DNA of 60,244 bases from an uncultured virus (IMG/VR IMGVR_UViG_3300026522_000958). Taxonomy: Duplodnaviria; Heunggongvirae; Uroviricota; Caudoviricetes. Shown piece after piece: positions 29,892-40,068 of this stretch (position 1 is the first letter of the stretch; every line of letters starts with the position of its first letter). Position numbers and translations under genes: made by a program. Location of the stretch: the IMG/VR virus record IMGVR_UViG_3300026522_000958; one strand, given 5' to 3'. The notes under the pieces are model-generated. The model searched no databases. It saw only the letters and a list, made by a program, of their open reading frames with translations, and was not told the DNA's origin.

Positions 29892-31982
29892 TTATTTTTT
29901 CTTTTTGGAAGGTTTTGTTGCCCTTTTCAGAGCCTTGTCAAGGTCTTTTACGGCATTTTTGCCTGAACTCTTTTTCTTCTTCGGCTTTACGGTCGTGACA
30001 TTTCTTGCCTTGTCGATCTCCTTGTAGTATGCGGATGTATTGATGGATCCCTTGCTGCAGTATTTATTGTAATACTTGTTAATGATCGACTGCACCTTTG
30101 ACCAGTTGGTATTTCCTTTGTAGATGCTCGTCTGCTCGGCCTTCCATGAATCAGCAGCATTCTTGTATTTGTTTCTGTTGCTTCCCGATGAAGATGGCTC
30201 CGATTTTGGAGACCCGTTGGTCGTATTTGTCTTGTCCTTGCCTGAAGCCCCGTTTTTATTCTTATTCTTATACTTATTTTTATCCTTGTTCTTGAGACTG
30301 TTCTGGGCGCTGACAGCGACCTTATGTATCTTTGCACCGAGACCGTTGGAGAGTTTCTTGTAATAGGTGTTTACGTCATTGATGAGCGTGGTCATCTTCT
30401 CTTCTCCGGTCGGAGTCATATACGGCTCGAGCTTTGCCTTTGACTTCGTATAATAGCCAGACAGGGACTTTACGGTATCATTCTCGATATCAGTGATAGC
30501 CTTCGCTGATGAAGCCTTTGTCATTTTTTCCTTTGCGGAAGCGATAGCAGACTTCTCCTTGCTCTGGATCGCCTTTTTCTCTGATGCAGAAAGGGTCTTC
30601 AGTTTGTTATAATTGGTATCTCCGATCCTGTCTACATTATTCTGGGCCTGCTTTATATAGATCTGGATATTCTTGTAGAATCCGGTAAGAGTCACACTGT
30701 TCCCGCTTACTGTTGCAACACCGCCGAGGCTTGTTGTCTTTGCTTCTATAAGATACTTGTTGAAATAACTCTCTGCATCCTTTTCCTTTTTGTTGAGCTT
30801 GTTCTCGGCTGCAGTCCTGTCTTTTTCTACAGTGATGAAGCTGAGTTTCGCCCTTACATTCTCATAAGCAGTCTGTACGGCTGACGCGGCACTGTTCCCT
30901 TTTGTTACAAGTGCGTCATGTGTGGTATGCGCCTCGGTTATCATCTCATTCAGATTCGGAGACTGGATAGTGCTGTTCTCTGCGAGAGTCTTGCACTTGC
31001 CTTTCAACGTTTCTACAGCCGTTTTATGCTCATTGCGCAGATCGCTCTTCTGTGTGCTGTAGGTGCTGTCTGCTTCGCTTAAGGCCGACGTGAACTCTGA
31101 TCTGGCTGTAGTATTGTTCTGATTTGCCTCTCTTATGGCGTCCTGAGCATCCTTGATCTTCTGTGAGATATCCGAAAGCTTGTCTGAAAGTTCATCTTTG
31201 ATCGTTGAGACTGTATCATTTGAAGCGAGCTTAGCTTCCTTGATGGCATCCTGGATCTCTTTGATCTTGTCGTTCTGAGTGCTCTTGTATTCTTTCAGGT
31301 TGCTGTTTAATTCGTTTGTCTTGTCCGTGAGTTCCTGCTTGTCCTGATTCAGCTCGTCATTGATATCGCTTATGCGGTCTTTTGATGCGGACTGCTCTTC
31401 CTTGATCTGCTGCTTTTTCTCCGCAGCAAATTCTTCCTGGGCCCGGTTTGCATCTTTGATCTTTGCGTTCAGGTCATCGATCTCGGATTTCTGTGTTTTC
31501 CTGTCGAGTGCTTTGATCTGGGCCTTATACTCGTTTACGAGTGTCTTTGTCTCCAGCTGATTCTTTTTGATCTCGTCATTAAGATCCGCGACGGTCTTCT
31601 TCAGGGCAGCCTGTTCCTTCTTGATCCTGTTCTTACAGTCCGTCTGCTGATTTGAATAGGTTGTCTTCAGTTCTTTAATCGATTGCTTCGTTGCAGCTTC
31701 CTGGTCCTTGATGTCCTGCTTTACAGCTTTGATCTGGTCATTTGCATCACAGATCTTCTGTTTCAGGGCCTCCTGCTCTTCCTTGATCTTTTCCTGGGCA
31801 TCTCTCTTTGCCTGGTTCTGCTGATCCCTTAGGTCATCTAAGGTATCACCTACAGGCGCAGTCATTGACTGTATCTCGATCCTTACGGGTTCGGCAGACA
31901 CGGGAAGTGTCGTAACGCCCGGTGTAAATGCCATTGCTGCTGAAAGTATCAGCGTCATGATTCTGAGTTTTCCATTCTTCAT
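29892..31982 (-). CDS. secreted long coiled-coil protein
   Basis: Signal peptide MKNGKLRIMTLILSAAMAF..., heptad-rich body, basic C-terminus; AGGAGG RBS. Confidence 0.8.
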   Translation of the reverse strand: MKNGKLRIMTLILSAAMAFTPGVTTLPVSAEPVRIEIQSMTAPVGDTLDDLRDQQNQAKRDAQEKIKEEQEALKQKICDANDQIKAVKQDIKDQEAATKQSIKELKTTYSNQQTDCKNRIKKEQAALKKTVADLNDEIKKNQLETKTLVNEYKAQIKALDRKTQKSEIDDLNAKIKDANRAQEEFAAEKKQQIKEEQSASKDRISDINDELNQDKQELTDKTNELNSNLKEYKSTQNDKIKEIQDAIKEAKLASNDTVSTIKDELSDKLSDISQKIKDAQDAIREANQNNTTARSEFTSALSEADSTYSTQKSDLRNEHKTAVETLKGKCKTLAENSTIQSPNLNEMITEAHTTHDALVTKGNSAASAVQTAYENVRAKLSFITVEKDRTAAENKLNKKEKDAESYFNKYLIEAKTTSLGGVATVSGNSVTLTGFYKNIQIYIKQAQNNVDRIGDTNYNKLKTLSASEKKAIQSKEKSAIASAKEKMTKASSAKAITDIENDTVKSLSGYYTKSKAKLEPYMTPTGEEKMTTLINDVNTYYKKLSNGLGAKIHKVAVSAQNSLKNKDKNKYKNKNKNGASGKDKTNTTNGSPKSEPSSSGSNRNKYKNAADSWKAEQTSIYKGNTNWSKVQSIINKYYNKYCSKGSINTSAYYKEIDKARNVTTVKPKKKKSSGKNAVKDLDKALKRATKPSKKKK

Positions 31983-32158
31983 TTCTGAATAACCTCCTTT
32001 GATGAAGTAACACACAGTATCTATCGTCTGTGCACAATCTGTCAGGTTACATCAGATTTGGAAGAATATATCGGCTGGATGTCAGGAACAAGAATATCTA
32101 CGAAAGAGCCGACAGTCCGCTTCCGCAGCAGACCGCCGGTTCCCCAACTCTTCGATTT

Positions 32159-32506
32159 TTACTCCTTATCTTTAATAATAAATGCGTTTGAATAGACGTC
32201 TGTCTCGCCGGCGCCTATCACAACAAGAGATCCATTGCCGGCTTTTACGGCCGTATCCCCTGCCTCATAAATCACGTTTCCCCTGGAATCCATGCTTATT
32301 TTTGTCACGTTGTACGAAGCAATCTTTGTCAGGCTGTCATCAGCGAGGTAAGCCGTATATGTCCCTTCAGAACCGGCTTTTTCCACCTGCACCGCCTCGT
32401 TTCTCGTTTTTAAAAACACCACGATTATGACCGCGATGAGCACCCCAAGGAGGATTGGCACGAGATATGTCTTTAAAAATCCTGATGTCCTGTCCTTACT
32501 TTCCAT
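32159..32506 (-). CDS. membrane-anchored hypothetical protein
   Basis: Single TM helix, RBS. Confidence 0.75.
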   Translation of the reverse strand: MESKDRTSGFLKTYLVPILLGVLIAVIIVVFLKTRNEAVQVEKAGSEGTYTAYLADDSLTKIASYNVTKISMDSRGNVIYEAGDTAVKAGNGSLVVIGAGETDVYSNAFIIKDKE

Positions 32507-32553
32507 GATTTTTCTCCTTCTTCTTTCTTCTGAACTTTTTCGTATATGGGATA

Positions 32554-33414
32554 TCAGCTGTCCGTATAACCGATTCCGCGAATCTTTAGCTTCTCTGAAG
32601 ATGTTACCGTGATATAATCGCCTTTGTTCCCATATAACTCTATCATGTATTTATGGGTATCTTCGTTTTTATAAGACGCCATGTAAAAGCCTGTCTTTTT
32701 ATTCAAGGCCGACTTATAGTCGCTTATGTTTCCCTGGTCCTTTTTTGCTTCTTCCGTCATTATGCTCGTCATGGGCGTTTTAAGATCTGCCATGCATGTG
32801 ATGATGATCATCCTGCCGTCTTCCGACGAATATGAATATGCTTCTGTCTCTCCGTTGTCGCTGTCCGTCTCACTGACCCTGGAATACGGTTCAGATGCGG
32901 TGATCTGGAGAATGATCCTTTTATCAGCAAGCAGAAGATCTATGTCCTTTGTCCCTTTATCCACTGATGACGAAGATGTATCAGCCGTGTCGTTCTCCTT
33001 TCCTGCTTCAGCAGAGGCTTCAGTTTTTCCGCTGTTGTCAGTAGTAACGGAAGAGTCCTTTATTTTCGGGAATACGACGACACCAAGACATATGGCAGCA
33101 ACATATACTCCGAGTGCTGCCCTCGCCCATCTCCTTCTTTCGATATCTGCCCTGTCAATGAAGCCCCATACAACAAGAAGGAGTGGTCCGGCTATCGGGA
33201 TAAGGGAAAGAACTATATATAAAAACCAGCCTTTTGAAGACATGTGCCCGTCGGGACTCCCGCGGGGAGCATTCATATCGTCGCGTTCTTCATCTTCCTC
33301 ATCATAATCTTCTCCGTCTTCGTCAGAGTCATCTTCAGTTTCATAATCCGGGATGTTATCTTCATCTTCCTCATCATCATCCCAGTCCCTGCGGTAATAT
33401 CTTTTATCACTCAT
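32554..33414 (-). CDS. membrane protein with acidic N-terminus
   Basis: D/E tract, then WFLYIVLSLIPIAGPLLLVVWGF...RRWARA TM motif. Confidence 0.8.
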   Translation of the reverse strand: MSDKRYYRRDWDDDEEDEDNIPDYETEDDSDEDGEDYDEEDEERDDMNAPRGSPDGHMSSKGWFLYIVLSLIPIAGPLLLVVWGFIDRADIERRRWARAALGVYVAAICLGVVVFPKIKDSSVTTDNSGKTEASAEAGKENDTADTSSSSVDKGTKDIDLLLADKRIILQITASEPYSRVSETDSDNGETEAYSYSSEDGRMIIITCMADLKTPMTSIMTEEAKKDQGNISDYKSALNKKTGFYMASYKNEDTHKYMIELYGNKGDYITVTSSEKLKIRGIGYTDS

Positions 33415-33427
33415 ACATTCTTTCGGC

Positions 33428-33736
33428 CTAATCTTTTACCTTTTCCTTTTTATTATCATCGGGTTTACTGTATTCATATCTGTACAGCACATCCCTGGCA
33501 TATTTTACCGCATCCCGATAGTCTTCTCCCACGCCGTCATTTCTGCCCCTGTATGTATCAGAAAACGGGTCGCTGCTTAAGTATATGAGAATGGGGGTAT
33601 ACCGGTCGTTCCTTTTTTTTATATCTTCTTCCACATGGTGCCTCATCATCTCATCGACCGTGGGGAAGTATCCATCCGTTTCATCCGAAAGACCATCGGC
33701 AATATCAAGGAACATATTGAATCTGTCTTCTGTCAT
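33428..33736 (-). CDS. small acidic hypothetical protein; original RBS displaced by IscB mini-element
   Basis: ATG abuts element end; AAGGAG lies on the far side of the element at 34233-34238. Confidence 0.7.
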   Translation of the reverse strand: MTEDRFNMFLDIADGLSDETDGYFPTVDEMMRHHVEEDIKKRNDRYTPILIYLSSDPFSDTYRGRNDGVGEDYRDAVKYARDVLYRYEYSKPDDNKKEKVKD

Positions 33737-33785
33737 ATATTTTTGGCGGGGAAACCCATGGGCTTGCCCATGGGAGGAACCGCCT

Positions 33786-33957
33786 TTAACCTACCTTTCT
33801 TTGTTCTATAAGATAATTACTACGCATTTTTAGCAACTTTAGGTTCTTATATCCTACAGAAGCGTTAATATGCTTTCCATCTAAAAGTCTTAAATCCATA
33901 CGCCCTGTAGAACGTCTGCCAAAAATGAAGCACTTACATCCTTTCCACTGCACCTTT
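33786..33957 (-). pseudogene. iscB: iscB C-terminal remnant
   Basis: KVQWKGCKCFIFGRRSTGRMDLRLLDGKHINASVGYKNLKLL..., near-identical to 59948-60244. Confidence 0.85.
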
Positions 33958-33974
33958 TAAATCCTTGAAAGGTT

Positions 33975-34224
33975 TTAATTACTCGCTCCGGAGAGCGGTT
34001 AGTGTACCATCGCCAATGTTAATGAGAGGTTTTGTACGCCTGCAACACTGTTCCTAACCTTAAGAACTGTTTGATCACAGACCGTAGTGTTTGGAACTTG
34101 GTACTACATTCCAAAGTACCTATATATTCTCTCTTAACGTAGTGCCCGAAGCACTTAGGCTACTCACTCAGGGTTACAGTATTTCTACTGCAACCCCGCG
34201 GACTTGCCCGTGGGTATTAGTGAG
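33975..34224 (-). ncRNA. IscB omega RNA (second copy)
   Basis: Highly similar to 18975-19228 with differences in stems. Confidence 0.85.
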
Positions 34225-34374
34225 ACGCGATACTCCTTGGTAGTTTATTGTCAGCGCTTTAGATATGGCAGAGAACGTGGACAGAATTTTTCATATATGG
34301 AAAACTGCTGATTCCTCATATATGAAAAACATACTTGGCACAAAAAAAACACCGCCGAAGCGATGTTTTTTGAT

Positions 34375-34623
34375 TTATGCCGCAGAATCAGTCTTAGGTT
34401 CTTTCCAGATCTCAACTGAGGACGTATCATCGTCAATATAGAGATTCCAGGGGTCTTCTTTATCGGAAGTAAATTTTCCACCGAAGAACCATCCGAGTAC
34501 TTTTAAAATACAATGATCGGACTGCTTTGTGATGACTTCACAGAGAAGTTCCGACCTGTCAGGTCCGTCTTCTTCAAGATAATGAACCTTCTGTCCGACC
34601 ACAAGATCTTTCCAGCTTAACAT
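34375..34623 (-). CDS. small hypothetical protein
   Basis: Start MLSWKDL after GGAGGT. Confidence 0.7.
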   Translation of the reverse strand: MLSWKDLVVGQKVHYLEEDGPDRSELLCEVITKQSDHCILKVLGWFFGGKFTSDKEDPWNLYIDDDTSSVEIWKEPKTDSAA

Positions 34624-34637
34624 GAATACACCTCCTA

Positions 34638-35126
34638 TCAATAATGATAGAGGACAATATTTTCAAGAGTAAACTGGTTCTTCCTGTTAATATACCGCAT
34701 GTTACCGGCATATTCTCGGATGAATGAGTCCAGTGTCATGATCTCGCCATACGGCACATAATAAATATACTTACCGAGTGTTTCATCAATGAGCTGACGA
34801 ATCTTGAAAATGCACTGGTCATCCGTTGTGAACTCCTTTACGGAGAGGGAGCTGACCTTCTTCTTCAACAGGGCAAGCCTGTTTCCGAAGTATTTTTCAG
34901 GCCCGTCCTCTTCAAATTCAAAGCTTTTCTTTTTGTCAATGCGACGGATGATGCCTGCTTCTTCAGCAGAAGACAGAACATTTTCAATCCCGGCATGTAC
35001 ATCTTCATAATCAGCCGTATAATCACATCCCGGTATATTGTGTGCAGCTGCTACCTGTATAGCATAGGAGTTTGACTGTGAATCATCTTCACCATACGCA
35101 TTAACAAAGTAGATATAATCTTTCAT
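34638..35126 (-). CDS. hypothetical protein
   Basis: 162-aa ORF with RBS. Confidence 0.75.
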   Translation of the reverse strand: MKDYIYFVNAYGEDDSQSNSYAIQVAAAHNIPGCDYTADYEDVHAGIENVLSSAEEAGIIRRIDKKKSFEFEEDGPEKYFGNRLALLKKKVSSLSVKEFTTDDQCIFKIRQLIDETLGKYIYYVPYGEIMTLDSFIREYAGNMRYINRKNQFTLENIVLYHY

Positions 35127-35206
35127 AAATATTCCTCTTTATCCCCGATAAACGGGGAAAGGACGCTTTCTCGTCCTGCCCCGCCATACGGGTTTAAAGT
35201 TTATGG

Positions 35207-35371
35207 TTACTGTCTTGGATCCGGGCCTTCCTCGATCTTTATGATCGATGCGGCCAGCTGCCACAGCCTGATATATAGCTTGCCCTGTTTTCTGGCGTCG
35301 GCTTTGTTGCGAGCACGGCAGATCATCGGGTCGTACGGCTGGTCGGAGAAGTAGATATAATAGAACTTCAT
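35207..35371 (-). CDS. small hypothetical protein (54 aa, MKFYYIYFSDQPYDPMIC...), below ORF-track cutoff
   Basis: GGAGGAGG RBS; directly follows gene 35375-35932. Confidence 0.65.
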   Translation of the reverse strand: MKFYYIYFSDQPYDPMICRARNKADARKQGKLYIRLWQLAASIIKIEEGPDPRQ

Positions 35372-35374
35372 AGG

Positions 35375-35932
35375 TCAGACCTCCTCCGGCACAAGTTTAC
35401 CAGATATATAATCCTTTACCAAATCCTTTACTTTTAAGTAAATACAGGATTCTTCGGTAAGGGGCAACCCTTTTTCTTGCACCTTTTTAAATTCTTCAAG
35501 CGCGGTCTCAACAGTGTGAAAAGTCTTTATCCGTCTTCCATAAAGGGTCAGAACACAGACATTTCCATAATCTTCACAGAAAATATAAAAATCACTTCCT
35601 GTGATTTTATTAACTTTTTCCAGGTATTTACGAGCATATCTTTGTCCATGTGGCGGAGTTACCGTCTTTTCTTCGACGACACCGAACGTCTTTTCTTCAA
35701 CGACACCGAACCAGTATCCGTCTCCAGTGTCATAGCAGACATAATCAGGTTCGACAGTGCTGCTGTCATCCTTCGGATGCTTCGCGTTGTACTCCTGCAT
35801 GGTCATCCCTGTACAGGTTTTAAAACGTTCTGCAAGGTGAGCGAGAGCGTCCTCGCGATCTTCATAGACAGCTGTCAGTTCCTCGCCGTATGCATCGTTG
35901 TCATTATACTCTTTGTATAGATAAACATTCAT
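35375..35932 (-). CDS. hypothetical protein with internal 8-aa duplication
   Basis: 185-aa ORF; FGVVEEKT twice. Confidence 0.75.
   Translation of the reverse strand: MNVYLYKEYNDNDAYGEELTAVYEDREDALAHLAERFKTCTGMTMQEYNAKHPKDDSSTVEPDYVCYDTGDGYWFGVVEEKTFGVVEEKTVTPPHGQRYARKYLEKVNKITGSDFYIFCEDYGNVCVLTLYGRRIKTFHTVETALEEFKKVQEKGLPLTEESCIYLKVKDLVKDYISGKLVPEEV
35663..35710. repeat. 24-bp tandem duplication, in frame
   Basis: CGTCTTTTCTTC(G/A)ACGACACCGAA x2. Confidence 0.9.
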
Positions 35933-35970
35933 TTCTTTTCCCTTTCTGCCCCTTTTGGGACAAATCTGTT

Positions 35971-36450
35971 TCAGCGCCGCTCTTCTGCAAATGTCTCTGC
36001 GATATCGTTGTAGGCAAATGCGATAGACCTAAGTTCCGGGTCGTTGAACAGACACTCGTCTTCTTCCCTGATGCTTTCCGGCGTGATCTTTGATAATTGA
36101 TCAAAGAGCCTCTCCATTTCTTTGACAGAATATTCAGGCATCGCCTTAAACATCGCTTCTGCGTCAGGCATGTCAGCTATATGGTTACCGTTTCCTTCCG
36201 AATCATACGACTTGACAGCCTCATAATGGCTCTTTTTGGTGGTATAATTCTGTTCCACGAATCTTATCAGTGACTCATCGGAATCAAAACTGACCATGAA
36301 ATCGACTTCAAGGTCATAGTGTCTGCCTTTAAAATCCATCTCTCCGATCCATGAATATAGCTCGCCGTACTCCCTGCCGTTTTCTTTTCCGGCATCTGCG
36401 ACCAGGAAATCATTATCAAGGAGACAGTTATATAATTTTTTTGTTATCAC
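35971..36450 (-). CDS. acidic hypothetical protein
   Basis: GTG start overlapping upstream stop, AGGAGG RBS. Confidence 0.75.
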   Translation of the reverse strand: MITKKLYNCLLDNDFLVADAGKENGREYGELYSWIGEMDFKGRHYDLEVDFMVSFDSDESLIRFVEQNYTTKKSHYEAVKSYDSEGNGNHIADMPDAEAMFKAMPEYSVKEMERLFDQLSKITPESIREEDECLFNDPELRSIAFAYNDIAETFAEERR

Positions 36451-36653
36451 GCGCCCCTCCTTTCCGACATCACGGTATTGTATACAGAATCATAGATGTC
36501 TGACACAGTATCTCTGCTGATATTCAGACAATCCGTCATCAGTACTTCCGCTTCAAGCATCCGGCCGTATCTGCGTTCCTTTAGCTTCTGTGGTGCATTG
36601 AGATAGTCCGTGATAAGCTGCCTGTAATGGACAAATATTTCTTCTTTCGGCAT
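36447..36653 (-). CDS. small hypothetical protein
   Basis: Start MPKEEIF after GAAAGGAG; promoter box at 36713. Confidence 0.7.
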   Translation of the reverse strand: MPKEEIFVHYRQLITDYLNAPQKLKERRYGRMLEAEVLMTDCLNISRDTVSDIYDSVYNTVMSERRGA

Positions 36654-36745
36654 ATTTTTACTCCTTTCTTCCCTTTCAGGGAAATATAATTGTGATGAAT
36701 AGTCTACATAGTAGATTTGGGAGAATACGATATAAATTAAAGCAT

Positions 36746-36776
36746 AAAAAAAGAGACCCTGCGGTCTCTCTTTTTT
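36746..36776 (-). terminator. intrinsic terminator
   Basis: AAAAAAAGAGACCCTGCGGTCTCTCTTTTTT. Confidence 0.7.
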
Positions 36777-36783
36777 ATGGATT

Positions 36784-37428
36784 TCATTCTCCCTTAAATC
36801 CAAGGCCCTCCTCAAACATCGGGATAAGCCAATTCCATACAAGGATCGTGCCTTCGACATCTGCAAGGGAATTATGGAAGTTCCGTATTCTGCCCTCGTT
36901 GCCTGACAGTTTTACGAGGTTTGTCAAGGTATGCGGATGCATCTCCTTTGGATATCCGGTCACCTTTTCTCTTGCCATACGGAGCGTATCGCCCGTATAT
37001 TCCGGTGCGAATCCGCTCCACGGGCCGTAAGCCTTTTTATACATACCATCGATCATGCGGATGTCAAATGAGATATTCTGCCCGATCACCGGAAGTTCTC
37101 CGACAAAAGAGATTATCCTGTCAAGAGCTTCAGGGATGGTTATGCCTTTTTCAAGCAGTATCTCATCCGTGATGCCGTTCACCGCACCTGCCGCTTCAGG
37201 CATATGTACAGGGCATTGAAGATAGAAATCCTCAGTATTGTCAAACGGCATCTCTGTATTTGATAGGATGCCCTCTTTATTCATGTATAGCTTTTTGGCT
37301 GAAAACTGCACAACATAATCGCTGTCTGACGAGAATCCTGTTGTCTCCGTGTCGAGCACGCAGACAACATTCCCTGCCGCATGTTCTATGAAGCTGCGGA
37401 GTCCGTCATAGTCGAATGGTTTAGCCAT
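36784..37428 (-). CDS. DEDDh 3'-5' exonuclease (DnaQ/epsilon-like)
   Basis: LDTETTG, GQNISFDIRM, HNSLADV. Confidence 0.92.
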   Translation of the reverse strand: MAKPFDYDGLRSFIEHAAGNVVCVLDTETTGFSSDSDYVVQFSAKKLYMNKEGILSNTEMPFDNTEDFYLQCPVHMPEAAGAVNGITDEILLEKGITIPEALDRIISFVGELPVIGQNISFDIRMIDGMYKKAYGPWSGFAPEYTGDTLRMAREKVTGYPKEMHPHTLTNLVKLSGNEGRIRNFHNSLADVEGTILVWNWLIPMFEEGLGFKGE

Positions 37429-37509
37429 TGTTTTCTCCTTTCATGGCAAGAGCCCTGTGGTACAGCCGCAGAGCCCTTGTTTTTAGCTGAGTCATAAGAT
37501 TATATAAGA

Positions 37510-38472
37510 TCAGGCGCTTTTTTTGCCATAAACAAGGATCCCGAGCTCCTTGAATGCCTTGAACTGCACGTTCTCAGCATCAGTCTCATACTCCTTGTCA
37601 GCTTCAGCAGCCCAGCGGAGGAACGCCCTGAACTTCGACGTGTTCTTCACATCATCGAGCCTTTCTCCTTTGAGGTTCCCGATAAGGATCTCTGTTTCGC
37701 CCGGGAAAGGAAGCTTTATGGTCTTTCCTTTCTTTTTCGGGGCAGGAGCAGGCTTATCAAGATCGACAATGCCGTCCTCCTTTTCAGAAGGTTCTGCCTT
37801 CTTTTTAGAAGATGTCTCTGCATTATCGTCACCTCCGAGTTTTATACCATCCGCGTCGTTATCAGGAGCATCTACGGTGGTCTCATCAGCTGTCTTCTGA
37901 GCTTCTGCTTTTTCGAGAGCTTTCTGGACTCTCAGGTAACGAAGAGAACCGAAAGTCTTCTGCAGATATCCGGTTCCATAATATGACACCTGGATAGTGA
38001 CCGTCTTGATCACGCCTGTGACATCGTCATACTCGATGTCGGTAACGATGAACTCATCGCCGAAATCGGTAGGTCTGCTATTGGCATCTGCTGCCGACTT
38101 ATAACCCTTAAGATCCTCCTTCTTGAAGAATATCTTAGGTGATGTATAAAGTTCTCTCCCAAGACCCCAGTTGAAGCACGCTCTTTTGAAAGAATCAGAC
38201 GCCAACCCCTTTTCCTTCTCAACATTGGATTCCGATCCGGTGTCCTCTTTCGAGATCCACTGTTTTTTATCAGGATCCCATATTGAAACGACGCAGTTGG
38301 CATTATCCCTTGAGTAGGATTTCTGCCAATTCATTGGGCCTACAGTCTCATCAAGCAGATTCTGGTCGCATCTGGCATCTTTGTACAGAAGAATCTGCAC
38401 TCCACCCTTATTTACCTGGCTGACTCTTGCTTCAATCTCGTCAGCTCTCAGCTTTCTGAATTTTAAATCCAT
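37510..38472 (-). CDS. Rad52/Sak-like single-strand annealing protein
   Basis: LLYKDAR..LLDETVGPMNWQ, KEDTGSES..EKGLASDSFKRACFNWGLGRELY; start MDLKF after GAAAGGAG. Confidence 0.88.
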   Translation of the reverse strand: MDLKFRKLRADEIEARVSQVNKGGVQILLYKDARCDQNLLDETVGPMNWQKSYSRDNANCVVSIWDPDKKQWISKEDTGSESNVEKEKGLASDSFKRACFNWGLGRELYTSPKIFFKKEDLKGYKSAADANSRPTDFGDEFIVTDIEYDDVTGVIKTVTIQVSYYGTGYLQKTFGSLRYLRVQKALEKAEAQKTADETTVDAPDNDADGIKLGGDDNAETSSKKKAEPSEKEDGIVDLDKPAPAPKKKGKTIKLPFPGETEILIGNLKGERLDDVKNTSKFRAFLRWAAEADKEYETDAENVQFKAFKELGILVYGKKSA

Positions 38473-38701
38473 ATTGTGACTCCTTTCTTTTCCATATATG
38501 GAAAACTTAAAATGTGATAAATGTTTTGTATAAAAGATATGGGAGAATATGGGTACTCTCTCTTCTTTTCCACCTATAGGAAGTATCTGCATGCCGGATA
38601 ATAATATTACGGACATTTTCATATATGGAAAATGGATATCTCCACGGCATAAAAAAGGCCCGGTATTTACCGGGTCTTTAAGCAGAAAAATGGAGGGTTT
38701 A

Positions 38702-40039
38702 TCAAACAAGAGTGATGTCTTCATCATCATTAACATCACCTGCTGTAATCGTCTTAGCGCTCTTTGTCAGAGCATATGGGACCTGGCCCACAAGCTCCTG
38801 GAGCTTGGTATAGGTCACGGAACCTTTATCAAATCCGTCTATCCTGTCAGGAAGTTCCATGACAGCTGTTGCTACATCATACCAGGTGTAGCGCTTTGCC
38901 GGATTGATCTCAGCATTCATAGCTTCCAGAAGGGACTTTCTTCTCTTCTTCCCGAGGAAGGTTGTAAGCTTCCCACGGACAGAACTGCTGAGTGCCTTCT
39001 TTACGGCTGCTTCATTATCATTCTGGCCTGCCTTTGTGGTAAGGTCTATGGATGAATAATCGGCGACTTCTATGCCAATAAGCTCGGCAAGTGCTTCAGG
39101 CAGCTTTCTGATGTCCGGGAGAAGGTTCTGGTCGATATTATCGGCGACTTCCTCTGCCGTTACATCTCCTACGTGCTTTATCATAAGCAGTTCGGGAGCA
39201 ATGCCCGCCGTTGAGCCTTCGGTCTTATAAATGACTTCAGCTGTGATTGAGCACAGGCCGATGTCAGAGACCTCAAGCAGGATGCCCGGGGTGACTTTAT
39301 TCGGCAGCTTGTATTCTGCCTGGATGTCCTCAGCTGCCTCCGGATATTCGAGAAGGATCATGGATCTGTAATGATCCACTCTCCACTCCTTTACTGTCGG
39401 AGCGCCGAGCGTACCATCCTTGTCAAGACGGTCCATGATATCCAGCAGTATTGTCTGCGGGATATACTTGTATCTTGGTCCGAACCCCGCAAAGATCTTT
39501 CTGTACGAACCATCTTCACGCCATACGAGATGTACGGCATTGCCTGAACTGAAGATAGACTCTGCAAGAAGAAGATTCCTTGCGTATGTCGGGGCAAGTG
39601 CTGCTGTGCCTGACAGATCTGCTCTCTGGAGCAGTGTCATGAAGCTGGAGCTTCCGACGGAAAACTTTTCATCGCCGACTTTTAAGGCCAGCTTTGTGTC
39701 TCGAAGCATTTCCGAGAGCTGTTCTTCATCAAAATCCTTACTTGCGACCATTGCGACCGCAGGAGAGCCTTCGTCTTCGAATCTGTCAAGACCGTCCTGG
39801 TCAAGAACTTTTACAACAAGCTTGTCATCGGGGATTGAATGTTCCTTCCGCTGCCGCTTGTCTTCCGATTCGCCGTGCAGCACATGAAGAAACCTGAGGT
39901 CTTCCGGGTCGATGACCTCATGCCTTGTATGTGCTGCCATAGTGGTGACAGCCTCTCTGAAGCCGTCCTGGTCGTTACCGGTCAGGGCAAATGTATTGAG
40001 CAGGGAGAATTTCTCCTCTGCGTTTATCTTTTTATCCAT
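38702..40039 (-). CDS. hypothetical protein, DUF932-like
   Basis: RYKYIPQ..LLD and GILLEVSDIGLCSI patterns; next to annealase. Confidence 0.6.
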   Translation of the reverse strand: MDKKINAEEKFSLLNTFALTGNDQDGFREAVTTMAAHTRHEVIDPEDLRFLHVLHGESEDKRQRKEHSIPDDKLVVKVLDQDGLDRFEDEGSPAVAMVASKDFDEEQLSEMLRDTKLALKVGDEKFSVGSSSFMTLLQRADLSGTAALAPTYARNLLLAESIFSSGNAVHLVWREDGSYRKIFAGFGPRYKYIPQTILLDIMDRLDKDGTLGAPTVKEWRVDHYRSMILLEYPEAAEDIQAEYKLPNKVTPGILLEVSDIGLCSITAEVIYKTEGSTAGIAPELLMIKHVGDVTAEEVADNIDQNLLPDIRKLPEALAELIGIEVADYSSIDLTTKAGQNDNEAAVKKALSSSVRGKLTTFLGKKRRKSLLEAMNAEINPAKRYTWYDVATAVMELPDRIDGFDKGSVTYTKLQELVGQVPYALTKSAKTITAGDVNDDEDITLV

Positions 40040-40068
40040 TTCTTCCTCCTTCCCTGCATAGGGAAAAC

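Larger units (their letters stand above)
33737..34224 (-). mobile_element. 488-bp internally deleted IscB element (omega RNA plus iscB 3' remnant)
   Basis: Same ends and scaffold as 18911-19228; ATGA flank. Confidence 0.9.
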
